Source: Camelus dromedarius (lineage: Eukaryota). From it: a DNA stretch of 64,000 nt. Of this stretch, positions 1-9,749 are shown one piece after another. The position numbers and the translations under genes were made by a program. The stretch is taken from assembly GCF_036321535.1 (NCBI RefSeq), contig NC_087449.1, forward strand, positions 46,624,001-46,688,000. Reading direction: 5' to 3'. Below the pieces are notes generated by a model. It did no database searches, was not told the origin of the DNA, and saw only the letters and a program-made list of their open reading frames with translations. Within the stretch, counting starts at the first letter, position 1. The number at the start of each line of letters is the position of its first letter.

Positions 1-1092
1 TCTTTGTCTTTATCTCTCCCCTTTTAGTCTGTGAGCCCCTTGAGGGGCAGGCAGCTGGGTCCTGTTTACCCCAGTATCTAGTAGGGCACCAGGCCCAAAT
101 ACAAATTTATTAATCAACAGATACTTACCGAGCACCGCCTGGCACCGTGGCTCTGTCCTGGCACTGGAGACCAACCAGGAACAGCAACAACGGACATCCC
201 TGTCTCTTGGATTTCATATGCTAGCCGGAGGGAGACAAAGTGCAGAACCTGGTAGATGGCGATTACTGCTGTGTGGGAGGTAAGCTAGGGAAGGAGGATT
301 GGGGCTCAGGGGGTAGGGGTTTCAGTTTTAATAGAAGAGAGGAGAAATTTCCACAAAGCAGCTGACCTTTGATGCAGGCCCTGAAGGAAGGGAGGGAGCC
401 CTGTGGCTCTGGGGGATGGGGGGGTGGGAGAAGCACTTTCCAGGCTGAGGGAGAGAGAGGCAAAGGCCCTGAGGCAGCAGCTTGCCTGGTGTTTCCTGCT
501 CATGAGACAGCAGGAAGGTCTCTGTGTGAGGTCAGCAAGAAGAAGGGAGTTCAGAAAGGGAACAGGTGGGGCAGATCTCGTAGGCCCCCAAAGGCCTGTG
601 CGAGTTGCCTTTGGAGGTCTGGAGCAGAGGAGTGACACGGCCTGACTTTGATTTTACAGGATCACCCTGAATAGACTGTGGGGCCACGTGGCAGATGCAG
701 TCGTCCCCCTTCAATGTAGGACTCGCTGCCCAGCTGTGCGGAGTCTGGCCAGCTGACAGCTTCCAGCTGTTCACACTTTTGGGTCTGCTTCAGCTGTCCA
801 GGTGGCCAGGCTCTGCTTGGGGTGGCCCCAGGCAACTGACTGGACCAAGCAGTGGTCAGGGGCCCAGCCATTTCCAGCCAAGGCGGGACTCTAGCTGACC
901 ATCTTTGTCTGATGGACACAGAGCTCCCTGCAGCAGGTCCTGTTGATTGGGGCTGCCTCCTCCCCTTTCCTCTCAAGGTGTTACTCCCCGTGCACCCTGT
1001 GTGCTCCTAGCTCTTCCTCAGCGTCTGCTTCCCAGAGGTGGGGCAGGGAGCAGGGAGATTGTTGCTGTACTTCCGGCCAGAGATGATGGGGG

Positions 1093-1436
1093 TGTCTTAG
1101 CTCAGGCTACTGCAACAGTACCAGACTGGGTGGCTTAAACCACAGAGAGTTACTCTCATGGTTCTGCAGGCTGGAAGTCCAGAATCAGGGTGCCAGCACG
1201 GTTGGGGGTCTTACTGAAGGCCCTCTTCCTGGTGTACATAGGGCTGTCTTCTCGGCACGTCCTCGCCGTTGGATACAGAGAGAGAAAGATCATTCCTCTT
1301 GTGTCTCTTCTCTTAAGAGCACTAACCCACCCTCATGACCTAATCACTTTCCAAAGGCCTTACCTCCTAACACTATCAAGTTGGAAGTTAACATTTAACA
1401 TATGAATTTGGGGGGAACACAAACATTTAGTCTGTA
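1093..1436 (-). mobile_element. MaLR LTR (MLT1A-like)
   Basis: tgtcttagctcaggctactgcaacagtaccagactgggtggcttaaac...gaatttggggggaacacaaacatttagtct is typical MLT1 text. Confidence 0.75.
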
Positions 1437-2159
1437 TGAGGGGGCTTGGATCAGGATGCTGAATACAAAATAATCTGTTTACCTTGGGCTACAGGGTGGC
1501 TGTTACATCACGCAGTGGATGTGGATTTGAATGTGTAGATGGAATCGAAATCTATCACAAGGACTACTGAAGGAAGCTTGTAGTGAATCCTCACGTGATG
1601 GGGTACCCTCAAAAGTGTATACCTTCAGAAGAGAAGGACAGGGGACATGAGAGCCACCTTGTGGTGACAGTGATGTGTGCTGGGGACTCTCAATGGTGAA
1701 CAGTAGCTCAATACAAGCTGGATGGAAAGCGTGAGCTGCACTGCTCGGGACAGCTCTCAGGTCAAAGGTGGGACGCTCAGGGCTGAAATATTCTCTCATC
1801 TGTGATCCTGGCCTGCAGCCTGGAGAAGTGGGGCTAGGACTGGAGGCTCAGTGCATTTTGGAATAGCCACTGTTGTTCTCTGGTTGCTCTGACCTCCAAG
1901 GCACCCTTGTCCAGGCAATGAGAACCGCACTGGAAGATGCTGGAATGCATGGTAGCAACTAGGTGGAGATCACCCCTCCCTGGAACCTTTGTGGTCCCAA
2001 GAAGGCACTGACATATAAGGTGGCCTGGGCAGCAGGCAAGGACTTTCCTAAGCATGGTTGTGCCTGGATATTTACTGGACACTTTAGCACTGTACTAATG
2101 TGTTACCAACACTGTCTCCTTGTATCTCTACCACGGTCCTAGGAATCGGTACTGTCCTG

Positions 2160-2521
2160 AGTGCTGGATTGAATTTATTTGTTTTGCCCCTTAGATCTGC
2201 TCTGTGCCCTGGGAGGCTGACCAGTGCTGACTGCCTCAGATAGGCTTCCTTGCCCTCTGGTTTCTGGTTGTGTTGGGTCAGTAGGAGCCACTGGCAGGCG
2301 AGCAGGAGATAGGACAGTGAAGTTGTATTTGGTTGCTGTGGGTGGATGTGTCCTTACTGCTCCTGTGTGGCAACCCTGTCCTTTGCTACCCTGGTACTAG
2401 CCCCAGGGTACCCTTTGCCGGTTTCCTGAATCATGCCTATACCTTTAAAAACAGTCCCTCCAGGAAACTCTGAAGTTACTCAGTTTGCCATCTGTTTCCT
2501 GTTGAGACCCTGATTGATACA
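2160..2521. mobile_element. ERVL LTR (LTR33-like)
   Basis: ctctgtgccctgggaggctgacc...cttgccctctggtttctggttg...ctgtttcctgttgagaccctgattgataca resembles LTR33 as recalled. Confidence 0.6.
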
Positions 2522-3324
2522 GTTCCCATTGTACTGATGACACGACTGAGGCTCTGAAAACCGGCCTAGGTGCAGCATCGTGAAGCTGTGGTCCTGAAGT
2601 GGTTAAGCTATGATTCAGCCTGAGGAATGGGTGTCACCCAAGCCCTGGGCCCTTTAAACTTGGCTGGCTTATCCACCTCACTAATGGCTACACGTGAGAG
2701 CAAAGGTGAACCCCAGCTCGTTCTGTAGACACAATGACCCGACCTTTCCCCGCCTGCACTGGCTCTTGGCGCACTGCCTCCTGGATTTCTGGCTCCTGAC
2801 CTTGGCTTTGATAGTTACTAAATGTCCCTCTGGGTTTTTACTTTCCATTCCGACCTGGCTTAGATGTTGGTGTCCCCTAAACTTCAGGTCATCCTACAGT
2901 GGTGACAGTGGGGCCATGAGCCACCCAGAGTCGGTTAGTGTGGGAGATGAGTGTGTTTCTGTCCCCCCCAGGCTCTGAGTTCGCTGGGCTCAGGTCCTAC
3001 TCCCCTCTGCAGTCCCAGTGTCTGCCAGGGGCCTGGGGTGGAGAAAATGCTCAGGGAAAGTGGAAAGACCCGGATAAGGCTTGGTGAGGCTGAGGCAGCA
3101 GGTCTTCAGAGGAGACAACTGGCCTGCTGTGAGCAGACAGAAGGAGTGAGAGTATGAATAACAGGGATTTTGTGTACACAGGGTGGGGATGCGGGCTGTG
3201 CATGGCAGTGATTGGGTTATAGAGGAGGAGGGAGCGTGGTTTGTCTGACCAGAGGACAGTGATTGTGTGGGCTCGGGGCTGGGTGGCACTCTATAGGGCT
3301 GGAGGTACTGTTATGGAGGGAGCA

Positions 3325-3343
3325 CAGCGCCCTCTTGTGACCA
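3325..3343 (-). promoter_or_regulatory. Candidate CTCF site
   Basis: Minus strand TGGTCACAAGAGGGCGCTG versus consensus TGGCCACCAGGGGGCGCTA (15/19, core retained). Confidence 0.6.
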
Positions 3344-3473
3344 CATCCACAATCACATGGAGCCCCAGCCATGGAGCTCTCTCCCCTTCTGAGGGCCAAC
3401 TTCTCTGCCCTCAGGGTCTTGCAGGTGGGAATGTGGGAGAACAGAGGAGAACTAGCCTGTATAAAACACAGCC

Positions 3474-3479
3474 TTTATT
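3474..3479 (-). terminator. GJB3: GJB3 polyadenylation signal AATAAA
   Basis: TTTATT on + strand. On the minus strand it is followed by a GU/U-rich element (ggctgtgttttata...gttctcctctgttct); about 760 nt after the stop codon. Confidence 0.8.
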
Positions 3480-4234
3480 GATTTCAAGGAACCTGCCTGG
3501 GGGACGTTCCTGTCGGCACATCCACCTCAAGTCCCTGAGAACAGAGTCTGAAAGGCTGGCACCAGACTGAGTACACTTGTGGGAGGAAGGTGGGGGAGTA
3601 GGATTTGGGGGAAGGGGTTTCCTCTGAAGGCACTGATGACCTAGAGGATCCCTGGGTGTCTCAAGCAGGGGTCAGTGCCATCAGGGCGTCCCCCGGTCTT
3701 CCCAGGCTCACTCTCAGGCCTCCGGACCTCCCACTGCTGGGACAGTACTCCTTTCCACCCCAGGAATCTGGGGGCTTCTCCCCAAGGAATGAGGATTCCC
3801 TCTGATCTGGTGCAAGCATCTCTCTTCTTGTGGCCTCCTGGCCTCTGCACCCGCTGTTCTCTCTGCCAGGAAGCACTTCTCACCTCTCTTCAGCATTACT
3901 TCCTCAGGGAAGCCTCTTCTGACCCCCACCCCAACCCCCAACCAAACACCTGGGTTAGATGAAGCCCTGCTCTGAGCTATCTAAGTGTCCCCTGGCAGGC
4001 AGAAGTTAATTTGCTTGTTTCAGTGTCTCTCTCCCAGGAGGGCTGCCACTGGGCCTGTGGTGGGACCTATACCCTGGTAGTTAGCAGTGCCCAGCACTCA
4101 AAAAAAAAAAAAAAATCTGCTAAAAACGAAATTGGATAGCTTAGTGGATTCAAGGAGTCGGGGCACCCAGCACCTGTAGGACCCCTCCACCGGCACCCCC
4201 ACTGGCAGCCCCAGGATGGCTTCGCTGCCCGTGG

Positions 4235-5047
4235 TCAGATAGGGGTCAGGCTGGGTGCTGAAGCTCGCAGCTTGTCATCGCCAGAGTCCAGGCCCAGCTC
4301 CCCAGCCTCCACCAGCTTGTGGTGGTAGCGGCAGGTGGAGGCCCGGCTGGCGGAGGATCGGGGACTGCGGCTGCGGGCAGTCTTCTTCCTGGAAATGCTT
4401 CGCACGATCCTGTGGAAGATGAGGTAGCAGATTTCGCAGACCGTGAGCACGATGCAGACGGCGGAGGCGCCCACCATGAAATAGGTGAAGAGCTTCTTCT
4501 CGGTGGGCCGGGCGATGTAGCAGTCCACGATGTTGGGGCAGGGGGCCACGTTGGCGCACTGGACCAGGCGCGGCATGCTGAAGCCGTACCAGAGCGTGTG
4601 CAGCACGTAGAGGAAGAGGAATTCGATGGCGAGCTTGAAGACGAGGCTGAGCAGGTAGGTCCACCACAGGCCGCCGTGCTTCTTGCCGGCGTCGTCGTAC
4701 AGCTTGGCGCACTGGTCGCCGTGCTTCTGGCGGTGCCGCCGCTCGCGCTCCTCGCGGTAGGCCACGTGCAGGATGACCAGCAACGACGGGCACGTGACGA
4801 AGATGAGCTGCAGGGCCCAGAGGCGGATGTTGGAGATGGGGAAGAACTCGTCGTAGCAGACGTTGGTGCAGCCTGGCTGCTTGGTGTTGCAGTCAAAGTC
4901 CTTCTGCTCGTCCCCCCACACGCGCTCGGCGGCCACCACGTACACCAGCAAGCGGAAGACGAACACCACCGACAGCCAGATGCGTCCGAAGGCGGTGGAG
5001 TACTTGTTCACCCCGCTCAGCAGGGCCTGGAGCGTCTTCCAGTCCAT
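4235..5047 (-). CDS. GJB3: Gap junction beta-3 protein (connexin 31), 270 aa, single coding exon
   Basis: [29 protein letters not shown]...ASAPSLTPI. Connexin pattern with three Cys per extracellular loop and four hydrophobic segments. Cx31-specific N-terminus and C-terminus; Kozak context gcaccATGG. Confidence 0.99.
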   Translation of the reverse strand: MDWKTLQALLSGVNKYSTAFGRIWLSVVFVFRLLVYVVAAERVWGDEQKDFDCNTKQPGCTNVCYDEFFPISNIRLWALQLIFVTCPSLLVILHVAYREERERRHRQKHGDQCAKLYDDAGKKHGGLWWTYLLSLVFKLAIEFLFLYVLHTLWYGFSMPRLVQCANVAPCPNIVDCYIARPTEKKLFTYFMVGASAVCIVLTVCEICYLIFHRIVRSISRKKTARSRSPRSSASRASTCRYHHKLVEAGELGLDSGDDKLRASAPSLTPI

Positions 5048-5080
5048 GGTGCCTGGTCAGGGCGCCCGGGCCGGGCCCAC

Positions 5081-5100
5081 CTGACCGAATAGGAAAAACC
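5081..5100 (-). other. GJB3: GJB3 intron 1 splice acceptor (coding exon starts at 5080)
   Basis: Minus strand ggtttttcctattcggtcAG|GTGGGCCC..., 33 nt upstream of the ATG. Confidence 0.75.
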
Positions 5101-5409
5101 ATAGGTTAATGAATAGGCGACATTAATGGAGTATTTACTAGGTACCAGGTGCCTTTCTGAGTTCTTTATGTCGATGGATTTGTTTGATCATGGCAGCGAC
5201 CCTATGAGATCAGGACTATTAAGCTTGCTAAGCTACAGATAGGAAACAGGCACAGAGAGGTTAAGTAACCTACCTAAATTCACAGAGCTAGGATGCCGGA
5301 AGGAAGGCAATGTGCATTTGCTGATAATAACTATTATTATTTATTGAGTATTTCTGATGAGCCAGGCAAGGAGCTAAACTCTATGGGCAGGACATGGTTT
5401 AATTATTAT

Positions 5410-5640
5410 TATTTTTTAAACTTTTTTTATTGAGTTATAGTCATTTTACAATGTTGTGTCAAATTCCAATGTAGAGCACAATTTTTCAGTTATACGTGAA
5501 CATACATATACTCATTGTCACATTTTTTTTCGCTGTGAGCTACCACAAGATCTTGTATATATTTCCCTGTGCTATACAGTATAATCTTGTTTATCTATTC
5601 TACAGTTTGAAATCCCAGTCTGTCCCTTCCCACCCTCCTC
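5410..5640 (-). mobile_element. 5'-truncated young L1 3' tail in the GJB3 intron, inserted into a MIR
   Basis: T-rich tail, L1 3'UTR text (ttttacaatgttgtgtcaaattcc...ccctgtgctatacag); near-TSD gtttaatt(a/c)ttat at 5397-5409 and 5641-5653; flanks rejoin as a MIR. Confidence 0.85.
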
Positions 5641-7333
5641 GTTTAATTCTTATAAGGACCCTATGATACAGATACTATTATGCTTCTCATTGACAGATGA
5701 AGAAACTAATAATCAACCGAGACAATGATCGCAAAGCACTTAGTACACAGTAAGTGCTCAGTAAATGCAGGATACTCATTGGAAACCTAGAGAGGTCAAG
5801 TCACTCATTTATAACTGGAGTTGGATTCAGGGCTGGGCTGTCAGTGCCGGGGTTGGGCTCCCTACCTCCTCTCCCCTTCTCTGCTGGATGCCTGCCCCAG
5901 ACCAAGTTCTTAAACTTACGTCGTTGATGCCTCACTTGTGAAGTTGGGATTATGAGCCCCATTCTACAGAGAGGAAAACTGGGGCTCAGAGAGGGGAAAT
6001 AACCTCCCCAGGGTCTCACAGCCAGTGGATGGTGAAGCTGGGAGACCAATTCAGGTTGGGGGTACATGGAGGCGGGTAACGGTTTAGCTCCTGGGGACAC
6101 CAGATCCAGGGAAAATCTAGGGACAATCTCCTTTCCCGTGCAGAGCCTGAGGAAGCCCCAGCCACGCCAGCCATGCTGGAGTCAGGGTTTTGTGGTGGGA
6201 GAGACGCTTTGTTCAGGTCCCGGGATCATACATCTTCCTCCCAGCCCTGAAGTAACTCAGAGGGTGTGGATGGTAGGGTCTGCCTGAGCACACCTAGTTG
6301 TCTGCATGCTGTCGGGGGTGTGGGGGCATGTGCCTGTGTGCATGTGCAGGCTTGTGTGTACATGTGAATGCTCCTAGAGTTGGCTTTGTGACCCTGAGCA
6401 TGCCTGAAGCCTGCGGGTCCACCCCCTGCTCAGCTCCTCACTCCTCCATTGCCACCACGTTGCTCTGAGCCACCATCACTCTTGCTGGCCTTTCAGTGTC
6501 TGCTCCTGTGTGTCCAGAGTGCATTATTATCTCAGACCTTGTCACTGCCTTGTTTAAAACTTTCTACTAGCTTCTCATTACACTTAGAATGAAACCTCAG
6601 ATTCTACATTCTCCCCCTATCTCCTGCACTCCCCACCCTGCCTCTCTCTGCTCCAGTCACAATGGGGGCCTGGGAGCTTGCTTTGTAATTATTCCTGCTG
6701 CCTGGAATGCTCTTCTTCCAGAACCTCGCATGGCTGGATCTTTCTCATCACTGCTCAGACATCCTCTCCCTAGAGACCTTGAAGGTTACGCTGGGCCTGG
6801 AAGCCCCTGCCCTCCTAGTCACTCTGCCACTCTTCCCTTTGTTTTCTTCCTAGAATTTAACACCATTGGGAATTAAAGTGTTTATTTAATCATCTACATA
6901 TATGAATTTCTGTCTCTCAAGGAACATTATTTTACATTTTGGCAGCATCAGACAATAAAATACTTAGTATAAAAAAAGTGTCTCCCCTACCCAGCTCCTT
7001 CTGAGACCTGTCCTTTGGGGAGGGGCTTTGGGATGTGTATGGAGCATGGAGTCGAGTCACATCTGGATTCAAGCCTCAGCTCTGTACCTTCTAGCTCGGT
7101 TGACTCCCAAGATTTCCTAATCTCCTTGACCTTTCTCTTCTTATTTCTAAAAGGAAATAATTCCTACTTTCTTGAGCTGTAGTAAGAATCAAAAAAAGCC
7201 GTTCCCTCCCAAGCCTGAGCCTGTCACCTGGTGAGAATTCAAAAAAACTGAAGTGGAGGTTGGCTCCCTGTCAGCCAGTCCGGGGAGGATAGGGCCCGGG
7301 ACAGGTGCTTCCACCCAACGCCTTCCCAGGGTG

Positions 7334-7342
7334 ACCCACCTG
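7334..7342 (-). other. GJB3: Candidate splice donor of a proximal GJB3 non-coding first exon (exon ends 7340)
   Basis: Minus strand CAG|GTGGGT at the edge of the CpG island. Confidence 0.45.
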
Positions 7343-7875
7343 GGGGCAGCCCCCAAAGGCCCCCACCTTCCAGTCCTGTCTGCCCAGTCCTGCCTGACAC
7401 ACCCTAGGGACGCGACTCACCGGCAAAGAATTTCCCTCCGAGCCCAGGCCGGGACTGGTGGAGCCGGTTCTGGTCCCCATGCAGTCCCCCAGCACCAGCT
7501 CCCAGCTATCCGCTTTTCCCCTGCCCCGGGACTGCCGGGAGCCGCGCCCAGCGGTCACCCCCAGTCCAGAATGCCCGTTGGCACCCTCTCCTCAGGAACA
7601 GAACTACCTTTCCTCCTCCCCACCTCCAAGTTTTCCGTCTACTCCAGGCGGCTTGGGAGCTTGCGGACGTGGGAGGGGGGTGTCCAGGAAACTTCAGGGG
7701 CTGGAGCCCCAACCCCGTCCAGAATCGAGGGGTGAGAAGGGAGTTGGGGAGTGGAGTGAGGAGGAGAGTGTCTCCTTCGTCTCCATCCGCTCACCCCCCA
7801 AGTCTCAGACGGGCCCGCGCGCGGGATCAAGCCCCGCCCCGTCCCAGGTAGCGGGGTGGGATGGGGGCGCCCCAC

Positions 7876-7884
7876 ACTTACCCG
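7876..7884 (-). other. GJB3: Splice donor of a distal GJB3 non-coding first exon (exon ends 7882)
   Basis: Minus strand CGG|GTAAGT (consensus intronic hexamer) inside the CpG island; would give a 2.8-kb intron. Confidence 0.7.
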
Positions 7885-8119
7885 CAGCGGTGCGGCCAGC
7901 GGCGGGCCGGTACCCTACGTCCTGGAGGCCCGCGGCAGAGGGAAAGGGGCGGGAGCCCTGCAGTTGCGACGAGGCGCGTGGCAGCAGGGGACGGCGTGGA
8001 GGAGGGAGGGTCCGAGGAAGAGGGAGGGTCGGAGGAGGAGCTCGGGAGCCAGCCGGGCCGCAGAGGGTCGGTTTCTAGTCCCGACGCTGTCACTCGTTCC
8101 TGCCGGGACTTGAAGCTCG

Positions 8120-8240
8120 TCTGAGCCTCGGTTTCTTCTTCTTCACATGTGAAATGGGGGCATCGGTGGCCCTGGGCAGGGCTTTGGCAAAGGCTCCAAT
8201 GAGATTCGGGGCGTGAAGCTCTCTAAACTGTTAAGTGCTA
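8120..8240 (-). mobile_element. MIR fragment inside the GJB3 CpG island
   Basis: tctgagcctcggtttc...cacatgtgaaatggggg...aagctctctaaactgttaagtgct. Many other MIRs occur (e.g. near 5900, 9040, 30740, 33260, 39380, 42790, 45520, 50400, 52600, 57420, 60820). Confidence 0.65.
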
Positions 8241-9749
8241 AGTGGTCCCCTGATAGACTGCAATCCGGACTCGCCCACGTGCGTTACCACTTGTATTGTG
8301 TCCGCGCCCTGCCAGTCACTGTCCCCGCCCGGCGCTTGGCCTCGACCCTGCGTGGGGCACTCCTGGCGGCTGTCCTCCCAGCATTGCTGCCTGGCTTGAG
8401 CTCCGTGTCCTGGAATGGGGCATGTGCCCTTTGGAGAATCAGGGTAGGGGGCAGACCCCGTGGCTGCCGCAGGAGTCGTCACTGTACCTGGAAAGGAGAT
8501 GGGGGGATCCTTTGTCCGGGGGTGAGGGCGGGATCGGGGAAGGTCGTAGCCTGAAGTTATACAACAAGAAGATCCTATAGGGGTGGGGTAAGGGGCGGGG
8601 AGCAGAACCTGTGCTCTAGACCCCCTGCGGAGGGAGGCGGGGCCCGAGGCTGGGCGTGGCTGGGCGCGGCTGGACTGGGCTCTAGGGGCAAGGACGCTTT
8701 GTCTTATTTACCAGTGTTCCGTGACTGCGAACCTAATGATAGCCACTGGAGCTCAGCCTAGTAGGGGAATCCTCAGGGTTTCCGGCCTCCCGGGGAGTCC
8801 TGGGATCTTAGTCACCAAAGGGCCTGAGCCTTCCCTGTGTCAACAGAGATGAAGTTTGTTAGCAGGAGGGTGACTATACATGACATTTTTCCAACCCTGT
8901 ACTGGTTTATGCCTGTGGCCCTGGTATAATTAACAGCACCCCTTTTAGTCTAGGAAGTGCCCCCAAACTTGGGAAGATCAATTACACGATCACCCAACAC
9001 ACTACTCCTGTTTGAGAACTAAGGCTGCACTGGGGACCTGGAGACATTCTGTGCCAGGTGCTGTCCCGCAGGCTTTATTTCATCTTCCCAGTGCCAGATG
9101 AGGAAGGTACCATCCTTCCCACCTTTATGAATGAGAAAACTGAGGCACAGAGAGGTTAGTTAGGTGACTTGCCCAGGGTCACACAGGTAATCAGGAGCAG
9201 AGCCAGCTCAAGAGGCCTCAGCTGTGTTGAGTTTTGGATGAGGGCAAAGCCACAGGGCAGAGGCCATCTTTCACTCTGGCCCTTGGAAATCCTGCTGGGT
9301 GGTCTGGGTGCTTCTGGGCACGTGTCAGTGCGGGGAGATGTGTGAGTACGTATCATGGTGTCTGGTGGGGGGGAGGGTAGTCCCTGACTCTGCCACCTGC
9401 TCCCTACCACCTCTTGCTCTGCTGTGTTCCAGAGCAAAACCCGTCCCTCACTTCCTCACCTCCTAGCCACTCTTCAACCCATTTGAACAATGTTTCCGCC
9501 CAACCATGTAATTAAAGGCAGCCCTGTTGATGTCACCATGGATCTTCATGATGGCAAATCCCACAGTCAAGTCCCTGACCCAGCCTCCTATGCCTTCAGA
9601 AGCACCTGACACAGCTTCACATCCTGATCTCAGTCTCTTCTCTCCTGAGTGAGGGCATCCAGTCCTGTGGCTTCCAATACCTCCACTCGCCGATGAGCCC
9701 CACATCTCTAGTACCAGTCCCGACTTCTCCCTGCACACCAGATTGTGTG

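Larger units (their letters stand above)
7400..8710 (-). promoter_or_regulatory. GJB3: GJB3 CpG-island promoter and 5' exon region
   Basis: Dense CpG and very high GC; GC boxes (ggggcggg near 8593, ggaggcgggg near 8633); TATA-like TAAATA on the minus strand at 8705-8710. Exact TSS not determinable. Confidence 0.8.

Noticed and set aside
4246-4896. 216-aa and 172-aa alternative-frame ORFs inside GJB3
   Set aside because: TTG and GTG starts, low-complexity S/P/R/A composition, explained by GC content.
4319-5092. 257-aa antisense ORF over GJB3 (similar ones over GJB4 and GJB5)
   Set aside because: Starts at GTG, lies in register with the connexin codons and recurs over each paralogue: the expected shadow of high GC3.
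7458-8078. 206-aa + strand ORF in the GJB3 CpG island
   Set aside because: Stop depletion is expected in a GC-rich island; no recognisable domain.
8482-8505. Minus strand ctcctttccAG|GTACAG, which could be either an acceptor or a donor
   Set aside because: Ambiguous without transcript data; no partner site could be assigned.
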